Source: a virus
Lineage: Duplodnaviria > Heunggongvirae > Uroviricota > Caudoviricetes
Direction: 5' to 3' (one strand)
DNA: 64,000 nt
Virus record (IMG/VR): IMGVR_UViG_3300020576_001727
Span: 39,062 to 103,061 of that record
Positions 36,492 through 46,171 of this stretch are shown piece by piece. The translations under genes were made by a program, and so were the position numbers. The notes under the pieces were generated by a model. It ran no database searches and was not told the DNA's origin. It was given only the letters and a program-made list of their open reading frames with translations. Positions within the stretch are counted from its first letter, which is position 1. Every line of letters begins with the position of its first letter.

Positions 36492-36590
36492 ATGAACAAT
36501 CCTGAATATAGAGAGAAAGTTCGACTATCTAAATTGGGAAGAAAACTAACTGTTATGCCAGATGGTTCTAGAAAATATATAAAGGAATAA
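36492..36590 (+). pseudogene. Remnant C-terminal tail of a GIY-YIG/NUMOD homing endonuclease
   Basis: MNNPEYREKVRLSKLGRKLTVMPDGSRKYIKE aligns with the end of the 52168-52731 endonuclease (KMRLAKTGTKRQYLPDGSFRMIK), 12 of 23 residues identical. Confidence 0.7.
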
Positions 36591-36594
36591 TACA

Positions 36595-37449
36595 ATCGCC
36601 ACGTCACCTCACTTTAACAATTATAGCAAGTCTCTTTCAGGAGAGCAAATTCTTTTAGAGGATTTGCTGAATGAATGTGTTTATCTCATGGGAGCCGATT
36701 GTGTCTATATTGCTAGAGAAAGTGCATCGGCTGTTGATTGGATTCTAGGAGAAGACCCAACCAGCAAGTTCGAAAAATCATATCCAATGGAAATGCTGAT
36801 TACCAACGTCGATCAATGGAACGCAGGTGCTGATCTATTTTCGAAATTTGGAATGAAAATCAACAAGGGAACGAACGTGGTTGTCACAAGACGAACGTTC
36901 AACAAATACGTTCCCGAAACTCTCGCGAAGCGCCCGCGTGAAGGCGATTTGGTCTATATCCCGCCTTTGCAGAAGCTTTTTGAAATCAAATTCGTCAATC
37001 ACGAAGACAACTTTTACACGCATGGTAAAGTGTTGCCTTACTACTATGAATTGCAGCTTGAAATGTTCAAATATTCGCATGAACCAATCGATACAGGAAT
37101 TGACGAAATCGATCAAATCGAAAATGACAACACCTATATCATTGATTTTTATATGGTATCCGGTTCGGGTGATTATCAGAAGAACGAAATGATTTCGTCG
37201 GGAACTGTCTTGGCAAAGGTCAAGGAATGGAATCCAGAAACCAAAGTTCTTTCTGTATATTCGATATCCGGATCATTCGAGGATGGTGCAGTCATTGAAG
37301 GAGTCACGTCCGGAGCATCTTGGACCATTGGTGATTTTGATGAATTGGAAGATTCCGAAGAAAATCGACTATATACGAACATCGAAATCGAAAGTGAAGC
37401 CAACACGTTTATTTCGAATATCGAAACAAATCCGTTTGGAGCGCCTTGA
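36595..37449 (+). CDS. gp14: Neck protein, apparent ATC start
   Basis: The frame reads (I)ATSPHFNNY...EQILLEDLLNE upstream of the ORF-track start at 36664. AAGGA SD 8 nt before ATC 36595. Core motifs PREGDLVY.P...LFEIKFVNHE.NFY..GK...YELQ.EMF.YS.E. Confidence 0.85.
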   Translation: MATSPHFNNYSKSLSGEQILLEDLLNECVYLMGADCVYIARESASAVDWILGEDPTSKFEKSYPMEMLITNVDQWNAGADLFSKFGMKINKGTNVVVTRRTFNKYVPETLAKRPREGDLVYIPPLQKLFEIKFVNHEDNFYTHGKVLPYYYELQLEMFKYSHEPIDTGIDEIDQIENDNTYIIDFYMVSGSGDYQKNEMISSGTVLAKVKEWNPETKVLSVYSISGSFEDGAVIEGVTSGASWTIGDFDELEDSEENRLYTNIEIESEANTFISNIETNPFGAP

Positions 37450-38450
37450 TGCAAAATGTTCATTGGTATCATAGACTTACGGAAAAATATATAGCTGCTT
37501 TCGGATCACTTTTCAACAACATCACGTTGGTAAAGTATAACAAAGCGCATACAGCCGAAATCAAACGAACCAAAGTTCCTCTTGTTTTTGGTCCAAAGGA
37601 AAAGTATCTAGCTCGCAATCAGGAAGACCCTGAATTGAAAAAGAAAATTCAGGCAACATATCCGATGATGTCTTATGGAGCGCCAATCCTTTCTTATGAC
37701 AGAGAACGTCAACAGAACAGAATGGCTAGAATTCCTCGTAACTATGAAGTGGCGGGTAATGCCGACACGGTTTATCAAGGTGTTCCTTACAATCTGGCGT
37801 TCGAATTAAGCATTCTTGCTCGAAACAAGGACGATGCTTATCAAATTGTTGAACAAATTATTCCATCATTCAATCCAGACTTCACATTTACTCAAATTCT
37901 GATTCCAGAAATCGGAATTGTCAAGGACATTCCTGTTATTCTCGAAAATATCAGTTTTGTTGATAATCTTGAAGACGATTGGGAGATTTACGAAACAGAA
38001 ATCACGCTTTCGTTTACAATGAAAGCATATTATTACGGTCCTGTCACAAATACCAAGATCATTCGTCGGGTGTTTGCCAACACTTTCATTGATGAAAGCC
38101 TCTATGCAGGTGCTTTGGTTAGAGTTCATCTGGCAAACGGTAACAACGGAATATATCAAACCGAAGATATTGTCTATCAAGGCGATGATTTGACAACCGC
38201 AACTGCGGGCGGAATTGTTACTAAATATTCAGCCAATAATGGCTATCTGGTCATCGGGGGAGTCCAAGGAACTTTCCAGACAGGAGCTAATATCAAAGCA
38301 TATTCGACCAATGCGGTGTATAAACTATCTCGATTTGATATGACACCTTTGAAGGTTCAGTCGATCAAAATTGAACCAGACCCAAATACAGCGAATGCTA
38401 ATGATAGTTATGGCTATAGCGAAACAATTCGGGAATATCCAGACGTATGA
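37446..38450 (+). CDS. gp15: Tail sheath stabiliser / tail terminator
   Basis: YH....KY..AFGSLFNNI, KVPL.FGPKEKYLAR, VPYNL.FELSI....DDA.QIVEQI.P.F.P.F, F.MKAY.YGP. Confidence 0.92.
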   Translation: MMQNVHWYHRLTEKYIAAFGSLFNNITLVKYNKAHTAEIKRTKVPLVFGPKEKYLARNQEDPELKKKIQATYPMMSYGAPILSYDRERQQNRMARIPRNYEVAGNADTVYQGVPYNLAFELSILARNKDDAYQIVEQIIPSFNPDFTFTQILIPEIGIVKDIPVILENISFVDNLEDDWEIYETEITLSFTMKAYYYGPVTNTKIIRRVFANTFIDESLYAGALVRVHLANGNNGIYQTEDIVYQGDDLTTATAGGIVTKYSANNGYLVIGGVQGTFQTGANIKAYSTNAVYKLSRFDMTPLKVQSIKIEPDPNTANANDSYGYSETIREYPDV

Positions 38451-38944
38451 TGTCAAATAATGACGAACAATTCAAAAAGCTTTCTCAAAAGCTTGGCTTG
38501 GATTTTGAACAAGAAACAATTGATTTAAAACAGGATTCCAATGGCACATTTCAAGCCGTGGTTCCGACTCATACGTCCAACACAGCTTTAGCTCCTATCA
38601 CAATCGCAAATCGTGATTCGGACGAAGAACAAGATTATCAAAAAGTTAGAAATAATTATGATCTTCTGGCACAAGTTGGAAATCAGGCTGTTGCTGATCT
38701 TTTGGCAATTGCTCGATTGACTTCCGAACCAAGAGCATTCGAAGTCGTCGCAACTCTGATCAAGTCACTAAACGAAACCAACAAAAATCTTTATGCAATT
38801 CATGAAGAGTCAAAGAAAGCAAAACTTTCAACCATTGCAACAGCCAAGGAAGGCACGCCTTCTGTCACCAACATTGATAAAGCAGTGTTTGTTGGTTCTC
38901 AATCAGAATTGTTGCAACAGATTGAAAAATCAAACAAAAAATGA
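38447..38944 (+). CDS. gp16: Terminase small subunit
   Basis: DY..VR.N, EPRAFEVVATLIK, VFVGS..EL. Confidence 0.9.
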   Translation: MMSNNDEQFKKLSQKLGLDFEQETIDLKQDSNGTFQAVVPTHTSNTALAPITIANRDSDEEQDYQKVRNNYDLLAQVGNQAVADLLAIARLTSEPRAFEVVATLIKSLNETNKNLYAIHEESKKAKLSTIATAKEGTPSVTNIDKAVFVGSQSELLQQIEKSNKK

Positions 38945-40554
38945 CAAATTCAATTCCCCAAGACTTAAAGATATATCATAACAACCAAAATCTTTTGTTG
39001 GCTGGCGAACCTTACAAGTATACCAAGCACGAAATTGACGAGTTCAAGAAGTGCAAGGACAGCTTGCTTTATTTTGTTGAAAACTATTATAAAATCATCG
39101 ACGTTGATACGGGTTTGATACAATTCAAAGCACGTCATTATCAGGAAAAATACCTGAAATTGATGGAAAAAAATCGAAACGTTATTACCAAATGGCCAAG
39201 ACAGAGCGGAAAAAGCACGACTTCCATTGGCTTTCTTTTGTGGTTCCTAATTTTCAACGCAAACATCACTGTTGGTATTCTGGCACAAAAAGCAGAAACC
39301 GCGCAAGAACTTTTCCATCGCCTAAGACTTGCTTATGAACATCTGCCCAAGTTCCTTCAGCCGGGGATTGCCAATGGTGGATGGAACAAGCGTTCTATGC
39401 ATCTAGGCAACGGTTCAAGATGCATCGCTGGCGCGACAAGTTCCGGTTCCGTCCGAGGAATGAGTTTCCGTTGTATTTTCTTGGACGAATTTGCGCACAT
39501 TGAAGATAACGTCGCAGATGATTTCTGGAAATCCGTTTATCCAACAATTTCATCCGGTAAAGAAACCAAGGTCATCATCACAAGCACGCCTAAAGGTTAT
39601 AACCATTTCTATGACATGTGGACCAAAGCCGAAAAGAAACAGACGGACTTTATTCCTATGTCGATCAATTGGAACGATCCGCCCGGAAGAGACGAAAAAT
39701 GGAAACTTGAACAAATTGAAGTATTGGGACCGGCTGGATTCAGACAGGAATTCGAGAGTTCGTTCGAAGGAAGTTCGACTACTCTGATTTCTCCTGACAA
39801 ACTAGTCGAACTTCAAAAAAACGTCATTCCTCCGCTATTCGAATCGGAAGGCTTAAACATTTATGAAAAGCCTATTCCGGGTCATAACTATGCAATTTGT
39901 GTAGATACAAGCCGGGGACAAAATCTGGACTATCACGCCTTTTGCGTTGTTGATGTAACCAATTTTCCTTACAAATTGGTTGGAATGTTCCGACGAAATG
40001 ATATCCATCCTACCATTCTTCCAAACTACATTTTCAATGTTTGGAAACAATACAACTATGCCGCCGTCTTGGTCGAAGTATCGGACATTGGCGCACAGGT
40101 TGCTGACATGTTGGTTGGTGACTTGGATTGCGAAATCATCCGAGTGAGCAACAAACCCGGTAAGGGACAAACGATTGGTATGGGTATTGGTAGCAAAATT
40201 CAGAATGGGTTGAAAACTTCCCCTGCAACCAAGAGAATCGGTTGTGCCGACTTAAAAGCACTAATCGAGACAGACAAACTAATTGTTCAGGACAAAGAAA
40301 CTGTTAAAGAATTCATGTCCTTTGTTGCCGATAATCAAAGCTTTTCGGCAGAAGAAGGAAAACATGATGATTGCGTCATGTCTTTGGTATTGTTTGGTTG
40401 GTTATCTCACCAAAGATACTTCCGTCATGAAAATACAGACATTCGCGCTGAATTGGAAAAACTAAACGAAGAATATCTTGAAAATCAGTTGACTCCTTTT
40501 GGTATTGTTGATGATGGCTTGGATTTTGTTGATGCTTATACGCCTAGATACTAA
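38941..40554 (+). CDS. gp17: Terminase large subunit
   Basis: PRQSGKSTT, GMSFRCIFLDEFAH, STPKG.NHFY, D.SRG...DY, HDDCVM. Confidence 0.97.
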   Translation: MTNSIPQDLKIYHNNQNLLLAGEPYKYTKHEIDEFKKCKDSLLYFVENYYKIIDVDTGLIQFKARHYQEKYLKLMEKNRNVITKWPRQSGKSTTSIGFLLWFLIFNANITVGILAQKAETAQELFHRLRLAYEHLPKFLQPGIANGGWNKRSMHLGNGSRCIAGATSSGSVRGMSFRCIFLDEFAHIEDNVADDFWKSVYPTISSGKETKVIITSTPKGYNHFYDMWTKAEKKQTDFIPMSINWNDPPGRDEKWKLEQIEVLGPAGFRQEFESSFEGSSTTLISPDKLVELQKNVIPPLFESEGLNIYEKPIPGHNYAICVDTSRGQNLDYHAFCVVDVTNFPYKLVGMFRRNDIHPTILPNYIFNVWKQYNYAAVLVEVSDIGAQVADMLVGDLDCEIIRVSNKPGKGQTIGMGIGSKIQNGLKTSPATKRIGCADLKALIETDKLIVQDKETVKEFMSFVADNQSFSAEEGKHDDCVMSLVLFGWLSHQRYFRHENTDIRAELEKLNEEYLENQLTPFGIVDDGLDFVDAYTPRY

Positions 40555-40558
40555 AATC

Positions 40559-40566
40559 CATAAATA
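40559..40566 (+). promoter_or_regulatory. Late promoter for gp18-19
   Basis: CATAAATA, with a downstream AAGGAG SD. Confidence 0.65.
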
Positions 40567-40614
40567 AAACGAAAAGAACTCCATTCATAAAAATAACTAA
40601 AGGAGAATTTTAAC

Positions 40615-42501
40615 ATGGCATATCAGCTAAGCCCGGGCGTCCTAGACAGAGAAATTGATCTAACTGGAATTGTTCCCGGTGTCGCATCAACCGAAGGTGG
40701 TTACGTAGGAAATTTCAATTGGGGACCATTGGAAGAAATCACAATGGTTTCGAACGAAGCGGAATTGGTCGAAAGATTCGGCAAGCCGGATGATAACACA
40801 TACGTATCGTTCTTTACAGCCGCAAATTTCCTTTCTTATGCTCGCAACCTGAAATTGGTTAGAGCAAACGCAAACTCCAACACCGCTGTCGCCAACTCGA
40901 CGGCTGGTGCGGTTCGTATCAAGAACGAAACAGATTATATCGAAAATTATTACGATGGTTCGGGTGCCGTTGGTTCTTGGGCTGCGAAATATGTTGGTGA
41001 GCTAGGTAATTCTCTAAAAGTTTCTATCTGCCCTTCCGATGCAGCATTTTCCGGAAACAACAGCTTGACTGCTAACGCGGTTTCGGGTTCTGCTAACGTA
41101 ACTCTTTCGGACGTTGCAGCAAATGACACTTCCCGCGTTTTGGCGGTTGGTGACTATATCACCTTGGCAGGAGCCGGGGAAAAGGAAATTGTCGCAATTT
41201 CCGGGCTTACAGTTACCGTCAACTCTGCTTTCAGTTCCAATCTTTCCGAAGTCGCAGTTTCTTCGCGTTGGTATTATTCCGACGAGTTTGAAGATGCGCC
41301 CGGAACTTCAGCTTATGCTTCGGCTCGTTCTGGCGCAAATGACGAAATGCATGTCATTGTTGTTGATGCGGGTGGAAAAATCTCTGGTATTCCAAACACA
41401 GTTCTGGAAAAGTTCGCGTTTGTTTCCAAGGCTTCCGATGCGGTCGCTTCGGCTGGCGTAACCAACTATTACAAGGACGTTATCAAAGATCGTTCCAAGT
41501 ATATTTGGTGGATGGATCATATGTCGGGCGGAACCAATTGGGGTTCATCCGCCGTTAGCACAACATTTACCAATGTCAAGAACACCGAAACGGTTCGTTT
41601 GTCGGGTGGTGTGGACGTTGCTCCTACCAACGGTCAAGCAATGCTTGCCTATGACAGATTCAAAGACGATCTTGTTGACGTTACTTTCCTAATGACTGGC
41701 GATTGGGGTTCAACCGTCTCCGGTTATGTTATCAGTAACGTTGCTGAAGTAAGACGCGATTGCGTTGTCTATATTTCGCCCAGCCGCGCCGATGTTGTTT
41801 TGAACGATGGTAATGAAGTTGCCGATGTTCTTTCTTACAGAAACGGATTTACTTCTTCTTCCTATGCGTTCATGACAGACAATTGGAAGTATCAGTTTGA
41901 CAAGTATAACAACACCTTCCGTTGGATTCCTGACAATGGAGACATTGCCGGTATTTCGGCGCGTTCCGACTTCGATACAGACCCTTGGTTCTCGCCAGCC
42001 GGTCTAAATCGCGGTCAAATGAAGAATGTCACAAAGCTTGCTTGGATTTCCAACCAAAGCGAACGCGATGAACTTTACAAGAAAGGCGTCAACTCTGTTG
42101 TTACCTTCCCGGGTGAAGGAACCGTTCTATGGGGTGACAAGACTTTGCTATCAAAGCCTTCTGCATTCGATAGAATCAACGTTCGTCGTTTGTTCATCGT
42201 CCTACGTAAAGCAATTACCAAGGCGGCTCGTTATTCTCTATTCGAAATGAATGATCGTTTCACTCGCGCACAGTTTGTTGCGATGGTCGAACCATTCCTA
42301 AGAGACGTTCAGGGAAGACGCGGTATCTATGATTTCCGAGTCAATTGTAACGAAGTGAACAACACTCCGGTTGTCATTGATCGTAACGAATTTATTGCTG
42401 ATATCATTGTCAAGCCAGCGCGTTCGATCAATTACATTACTTTGAACTTTGTCGCAATCGGAACCGGAGTCACCTTCGAAGAAGTTGTCGGATCGTTCTA
42501 A
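40615..42501 (+). CDS. gp18: Tail sheath protein
   Basis: LSPGV..REIDLT, PWFSPAG.NRG, AFDRINVRRLF, FEMND..TRA.F, KPARSINYITLNFVA. Confidence 0.97.
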   Translation: MAYQLSPGVLDREIDLTGIVPGVASTEGGYVGNFNWGPLEEITMVSNEAELVERFGKPDDNTYVSFFTAANFLSYARNLKLVRANANSNTAVANSTAGAVRIKNETDYIENYYDGSGAVGSWAAKYVGELGNSLKVSICPSDAAFSGNNSLTANAVSGSANVTLSDVAANDTSRVLAVGDYITLAGAGEKEIVAISGLTVTVNSAFSSNLSEVAVSSRWYYSDEFEDAPGTSAYASARSGANDEMHVIVVDAGGKISGIPNTVLEKFAFVSKASDAVASAGVTNYYKDVIKDRSKYIWWMDHMSGGTNWGSSAVSTTFTNVKNTETVRLSGGVDVAPTNGQAMLAYDRFKDDLVDVTFLMTGDWGSTVSGYVISNVAEVRRDCVVYISPSRADVVLNDGNEVADVLSYRNGFTSSSYAFMTDNWKYQFDKYNNTFRWIPDNGDIAGISARSDFDTDPWFSPAGLNRGQMKNVTKLAWISNQSERDELYKKGVNSVVTFPGEGTVLWGDKTLLSKPSAFDRINVRRLFIVLRKAITKAARYSLFEMNDRFTRAQFVAMVEPFLRDVQGRRGIYDFRVNCNEVNNTPVVIDRNEFIADIIVKPARSINYITLNFVAIGTGVTFEEVVGSF

Positions 42502-42523
42502 TAATAAAAAGGATTGAAAAAAG

Positions 42524-43081
42524 ATGGATATCTCTAATTTTCGCGCGATGATGACAGGAGACGGGGCAAGACCTAACTTGTTCCGTATCACTGTCAACCT
42601 ACCGGCTGCTTTGCAAAACCTGAATTCGGGAAATCGATTTGGGGAGAAACTACAGTTTACTGCACGTTCTGCCCAAATTCCCGGCAAGACTATCAGTAAG
42701 GTTCCAACCCAATATATGGGTCGTGAAGTTTACTTCGCTGGAAACCAGATTTTTGCTGACTGGACCATTACTGTTCAGAATGACGAAGATTTTGTTACCA
42801 GACGAGTTTTTGAAAAATGGATGGCGGGCATCAACTCTCACATTTCCAACATTCGTGACTCTCGTTTGCTTGGTCCAAATGATTACGTTGCAGACGCAAT
42901 TGTTGAACATTTGGGTAAGGAAGGTCCGGATTCTATCATTGCCAAATACAAGATGATTGCTCTTTGGCCAACCGATCTTGCTCCAATTGAACTTGATTGG
43001 GGACAGAATGACGTTATCGAAGAATATACGGTAACACTTTCATTCGATACATGGATTTCCGAAGAAGACGGAATTATCTAA
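42524..43081 (+). CDS. gp19: Tail tube protein
   Basis: GARPNLF, YMGR.VYFAG...F..WTITV.NDEDF..R..FEKW, WPT....IEL.W. Confidence 0.95.
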   Translation: MDISNFRAMMTGDGARPNLFRITVNLPAALQNLNSGNRFGEKLQFTARSAQIPGKTISKVPTQYMGREVYFAGNQIFADWTITVQNDEDFVTRRVFEKWMAGINSHISNIRDSRLLGPNDYVADAIVEHLGKEGPDSIIAKYKMIALWPTDLAPIELDWGQNDVIEEYTVTLSFDTWISEEDGII

Positions 43082-43082
43082 C

Positions 43083-43090
43083 CATAAGTA
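43083..43090 (+). promoter_or_regulatory. Variant late promoter (CATAAGTA), 6 nt before the gp20 ATG
   Basis: One mismatch to the core motif. No SD present. Confidence 0.45.
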
Positions 43091-43096
43091 GTTAGT

Positions 43097-44812
43097 ATGA
43101 ATAAGAAATTTGGTCTAGAAATCATTTCTCCTGAAGAAGAAAAACAACTTCAGGAGAAAATGAAAAAATTCACTTTGCCGGAAGAAGACGGCTCTTTAAA
43201 CGTCCATTATGGCGGCTATTATGGCATCTATATGGACATGGACGGCAATGTCAAGAATGACGTTGAATTGGTCAATCGATATCGAGACATGGCGTCACAA
43301 CCAGAATTGGACGAAGCCATTGAAGATATCGTCAATGAATCGATTGTTTTCGATGATGACGGTATTTGTGTTGAACTAAATCTCGATAAAATCGAAGAAA
43401 TCAATGACAAGATGAAAGATCGAATCAAGAAAGAATTCGATAACGTCTTGGATTTGTTGGATTGGAAAAACAAGTCCTATGAAATTTTCCGTAACTGGTA
43501 TGTAGACGGACGCATTTATTATCATGTTCTAGTCGATCCCGAAAACACTCTTAAGGGTATTCAGGAAGTCAACTATGTCGATTCCAGAACGATCAAGAAA
43601 GTTCGTCAAATCCAGAAGAAGAAAGACCCTCAAACAGGCGTCGAACTTATTGAAAAAATTGATGAATATTTTATCTATAATCAGAACGGTATCGCTAGTG
43701 CCCAATCGAATATTGGGGTGAAGATTGCCAAGGATGCTGTTGTTTACGTTCCTTCTGGTCTTTTGAGCGCGAAGAAAAATCAGGTTGTCTCATACCTGCA
43801 TAAGGCGATTAAACCGGCAAATCAGTTGCGAATGGTTGAAGATGCGTTGGTCATCTATCGACTGGCAAGAGCGCCGGAACGTCGCCTTTTCTATATCGAC
43901 GTTGGAACGATGTCAACCGCCAAAGCTAACCAGTATGTCAAGGATATTCAACAGAATTTCAAAAACAAATTGGTCTATGACGCTAACACAGGTGAAATTC
44001 GCGATGATCGCAAATTCATGTCAATGTTGGAAGACTTTTGGCTACCAAGACGTGAAGGCGGACGCGGAACCGAAATCAGCACTCTGCCGGGCGGACAGAA
44101 TCTAGGAGATATTGAAGATATTCTTTATTTCCAGAAAAAGCTTTACAAGGCGCTGAACGTGCCGATTTCTCGACTTGAACAGGGACAGGGGTTTAGCCTT
44201 GGTCGTTCAACAGAAATCAGCAGAGACGAACTTAAGTTCTTCAAATTCGTTGAAAAATTGCGTTTGAAATTCTCTCAATTGTTCGATCAATTGATGCAAA
44301 TTCAGCTTACGTTGAAAAATATTTGCAGCAAGGACGATTGGAGAAAATGGCGTTCCAAGATTTTCTATCAGTTCCAAAAAGACAATAACTTTGAAGAACT
44401 TAAGGAAAATGAACTTCAGCAAGAACGTCTAGGACTGTTGGGGACAATCACTCCATATGTCGGTCAATACTTTTCGCGTGATTACGTCTTGAAGAAAGTC
44501 TTGCGTCTAAGCGATGAAGAAATCGAAGAAATGGATGCACAAATCCAGATCGAAAAGAACGATCCGAACAACCCAATGCAGCAAATGATGAAGAACGCTG
44601 GCATGGGTGGATTTGGAGGCGGCTTCGGTTCCCCATTCGGGGGTGACATAGGCGGTGATCCTTCGATGGGTGGTGATCCTTCCATGATGGGCGGTGATCC
44701 GATGGCAGGACAGGGACAAGACCCGACTCAACAGAACGGTCCTAGTTCCGGGGGATTTGGACAAAATCAATCTGGAATAAATAATTCAGAAAAACAAGGA
44801 ACTAAAAAATGA
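43097..44812 (+). CDS. gp20: Portal protein
   Basis: YVDGR.YYH, YLHKAIKPANQLRM.EDALVIYRLARAPERR.FYIDVG, EDFWLPRREGGRGTEI.TLPG, with a Gly/Met-rich tail. Confidence 0.97.
   Translation: MNKKFGLEIISPEEEKQLQEKMKKFTLPEEDGSLNVHYGGYYGIYMDMDGNVKNDVELVNRYRDMASQPELDEAIEDIVNESIVFDDDGICVELNLDKIEEINDKMKDRIKKEFDNVLDLLDWKNKSYEIFRNWYVDGRIYYHVLVDPENTLKGIQEVNYVDSRTIKKVRQIQKKKDPQTGVELIEKIDEYFIYNQNGIASAQSNIGVKIAKDAVVYVPSGLLSAKKNQVVSYLHKAIKPANQLRMVEDALVIYRLARAPERRLFYIDVGTMSTAKANQYVKDIQQNFKNKLVYDANTGEIRDDRKFMSMLEDFWLPRREGGRGTEISTLPGGQNLGDIEDILYFQKKLYKALNVPISRLEQGQGFSLGRSTEISRDELKFFKFVEKLRLKFSQLFDQLMQIQLTLKNICSKDDWRKWRSKIFYQFQKDNNFEELKENELQQERLGLLGTITPYVGQYFSRDYVLKKVLRLSDEEIEEMDAQIQIEKNDPNNPMQQMMKNAGMGGFGGGFGSPFGGDIGGDPSMGGDPSMMGGDPMAGQGQDPTQQNGPSSGGFGQNQSGINNSEKQGTKK
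44776..44783 (+). promoter_or_regulatory. Late promoter inside the gp20 3' end, serving the prohead core genes
   Basis: AATAAATA, then an AAGGA SD before 44809. Confidence 0.55.
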
Positions 44813-45591
44813 ACGGAAACAAGATTTTCAAGTCTTTCATTCAAGGCAAACTTCATGAAGCCGAAGAACATTTGATCGAAAATTTGAATCAATTGGCTGC
44901 TATGGTCATTGATGGTCAAAAGAAGCTTATGGCTACTGGAATCGTCTCGGAAGCTTCAACAGACCCGATGGAACATGCGAACAAGGCGGTGAAGCCTGTC
45001 AAGGTTCGCGGCTATGACAAAAATCATAAGAAAAAAGAACTAAAGTTTGAGTCCATCGAAGCTTTCGAGGAATGGGCTGATTCCGAACTAGCCGAAGATT
45101 TTGATATCCACGAAATTCTGGAAGACGTTGAACAGATCGATGAAGCTGGTTTTAGTGCGCCTTTAAGTCCATTACAAAAAACAAATAAAACAGATAGTGG
45201 CTATATGAAGAATGGTAAATCATACGTTTTTAATATCAGTAATCCAGATATGAGAATTAATAGACGTGCTGGATTAGATAAAAAAATTCATTGGGATGAC
45301 GAAGCACACAAGGGCGTCGATCAACAAAAAAATCAATTAAATCGTATAAAAAGACGCTTGGCTTCTAAAAAACTCGCCAAGGAAGATGAAATCGATCCTT
45401 CCCTAAAACTTTCTGACAAGCGAGAAGTCATGGAAGGTTCGGAAGCTACTCGCAAAATTCTTCTAGCAAAGGTTAGAGCCGGTTTTGGTAAGGCTGAAAA
45501 ATCCGAACGCGAACCAATCAAGCGTTATCCAGACGAACACTATAAGAACATGGAAAAACGCGCAATGGAAAAGAGAAGAGCTACGGCTTAA
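44809..45591 (+). CDS. Prohead core / internal head protein (gp67-like N-terminus)
   Basis: Lies between gp20 and gp21 and carries several [ILV]-x-E motifs. Confidence 0.55.
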   Translation: MNGNKIFKSFIQGKLHEAEEHLIENLNQLAAMVIDGQKKLMATGIVSEASTDPMEHANKAVKPVKVRGYDKNHKKKELKFESIEAFEEWADSELAEDFDIHEILEDVEQIDEAGFSAPLSPLQKTNKTDSGYMKNGKSYVFNISNPDMRINRRAGLDKKIHWDDEAHKGVDQQKNQLNRIKRRLASKKLAKEDEIDPSLKLSDKREVMEGSEATRKILLAKVRAGFGKAEKSEREPIKRYPDEHYKNMEKRAMEKRRATA

Positions 45592-45594
45592 TAA

Positions 45595-45780
45595 ATGTCC
45601 AATCTGGAAAAGCTACCCAACGTATTGATGCTTCAAAGAAAATCGATCCGCATGTTTCCGGGTGGAATCAGCGTTGGGCTTTATCATTCCAGTGAACTCG
45701 ACCAATACTTCACGATTTCCAATAAGGGAACGAGCGTGACGGAATCTGTGGAGGATGAACATGTTCCGAAACGTAGTTGA
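45595..45780 (+). CDS. Small prohead-region protein
   Basis: P.VLMLQRKSIRMFPGG..VGLY, a pattern seen in T4-like head clusters. Confidence 0.6.
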   Translation: MSNLEKLPNVLMLQRKSIRMFPGGISVGLYHSSELDQYFTISNKGTSVTESVEDEHVPKRS

Positions 45781-46171
45781 ACATATTCGTAACCGCAAAC
45801 TGAACGAAGCCAAGGCTATTCTTTTCCAAAAAATTCAGGAAGAAGTCGAAGTCGTCTTGGAAGATCGCAAGCGTTGGCTTCAAGCGGAAACCATTCTTTC
45901 CGATGAAGAAAGACAGGTTTTAGACGAAGCCCGCTTCCATATCGTTCGCCTTCGCATTCGTCGCGGAAAAATCCAGCGTCGAAAGAAAGTGTCCAACATT
46001 AAAGGATACACTTTCAGAGGCGGAAAACTGACTAAGATGTCGCCGCGCGAAAGACGCAATCGTAGAATCTCACAAAGACGCGGAAAAATCAAGAGAAAAT
46101 CGAAGATGTCACGATCCTTGCAAAAACGCAAGCGTTCGATGCGTCGTCTAAAAGCATTTGGGGGAAGATGA
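45755..46171 (+). CDS. gp68: Prohead core protein
   Basis: Very basic C-terminus MSPRERRNRRISQRRGKIKRK...QKRKRSMRR, directly before gp21. Confidence 0.75.
   Translation: MNMFRNVVEHIRNRKLNEAKAILFQKIQEEVEVVLEDRKRWLQAETILSDEERQVLDEARFHIVRLRIRRGKIQRRKKVSNIKGYTFRGGKLTKMSPRERRNRRISQRRGKIKRKSKMSRSLQKRKRSMRRLKAFGGR

Noticed and set aside
36452-36594. Group I intron between or within gp13 and gp14
   Set aside because: Only about 140 nt, gp13 ends normally, and no P/Q/R/S core elements were recognisable. A nuclease remnant explains it.
44620-46000. Low-complexity repeats (MGGDP in the gp20 tail) and similar ones elsewhere (EGPKKLP twice in gp22, the Gly-run at 30580-30630)
   Set aside because: These are ordinary disordered-linker expansions.
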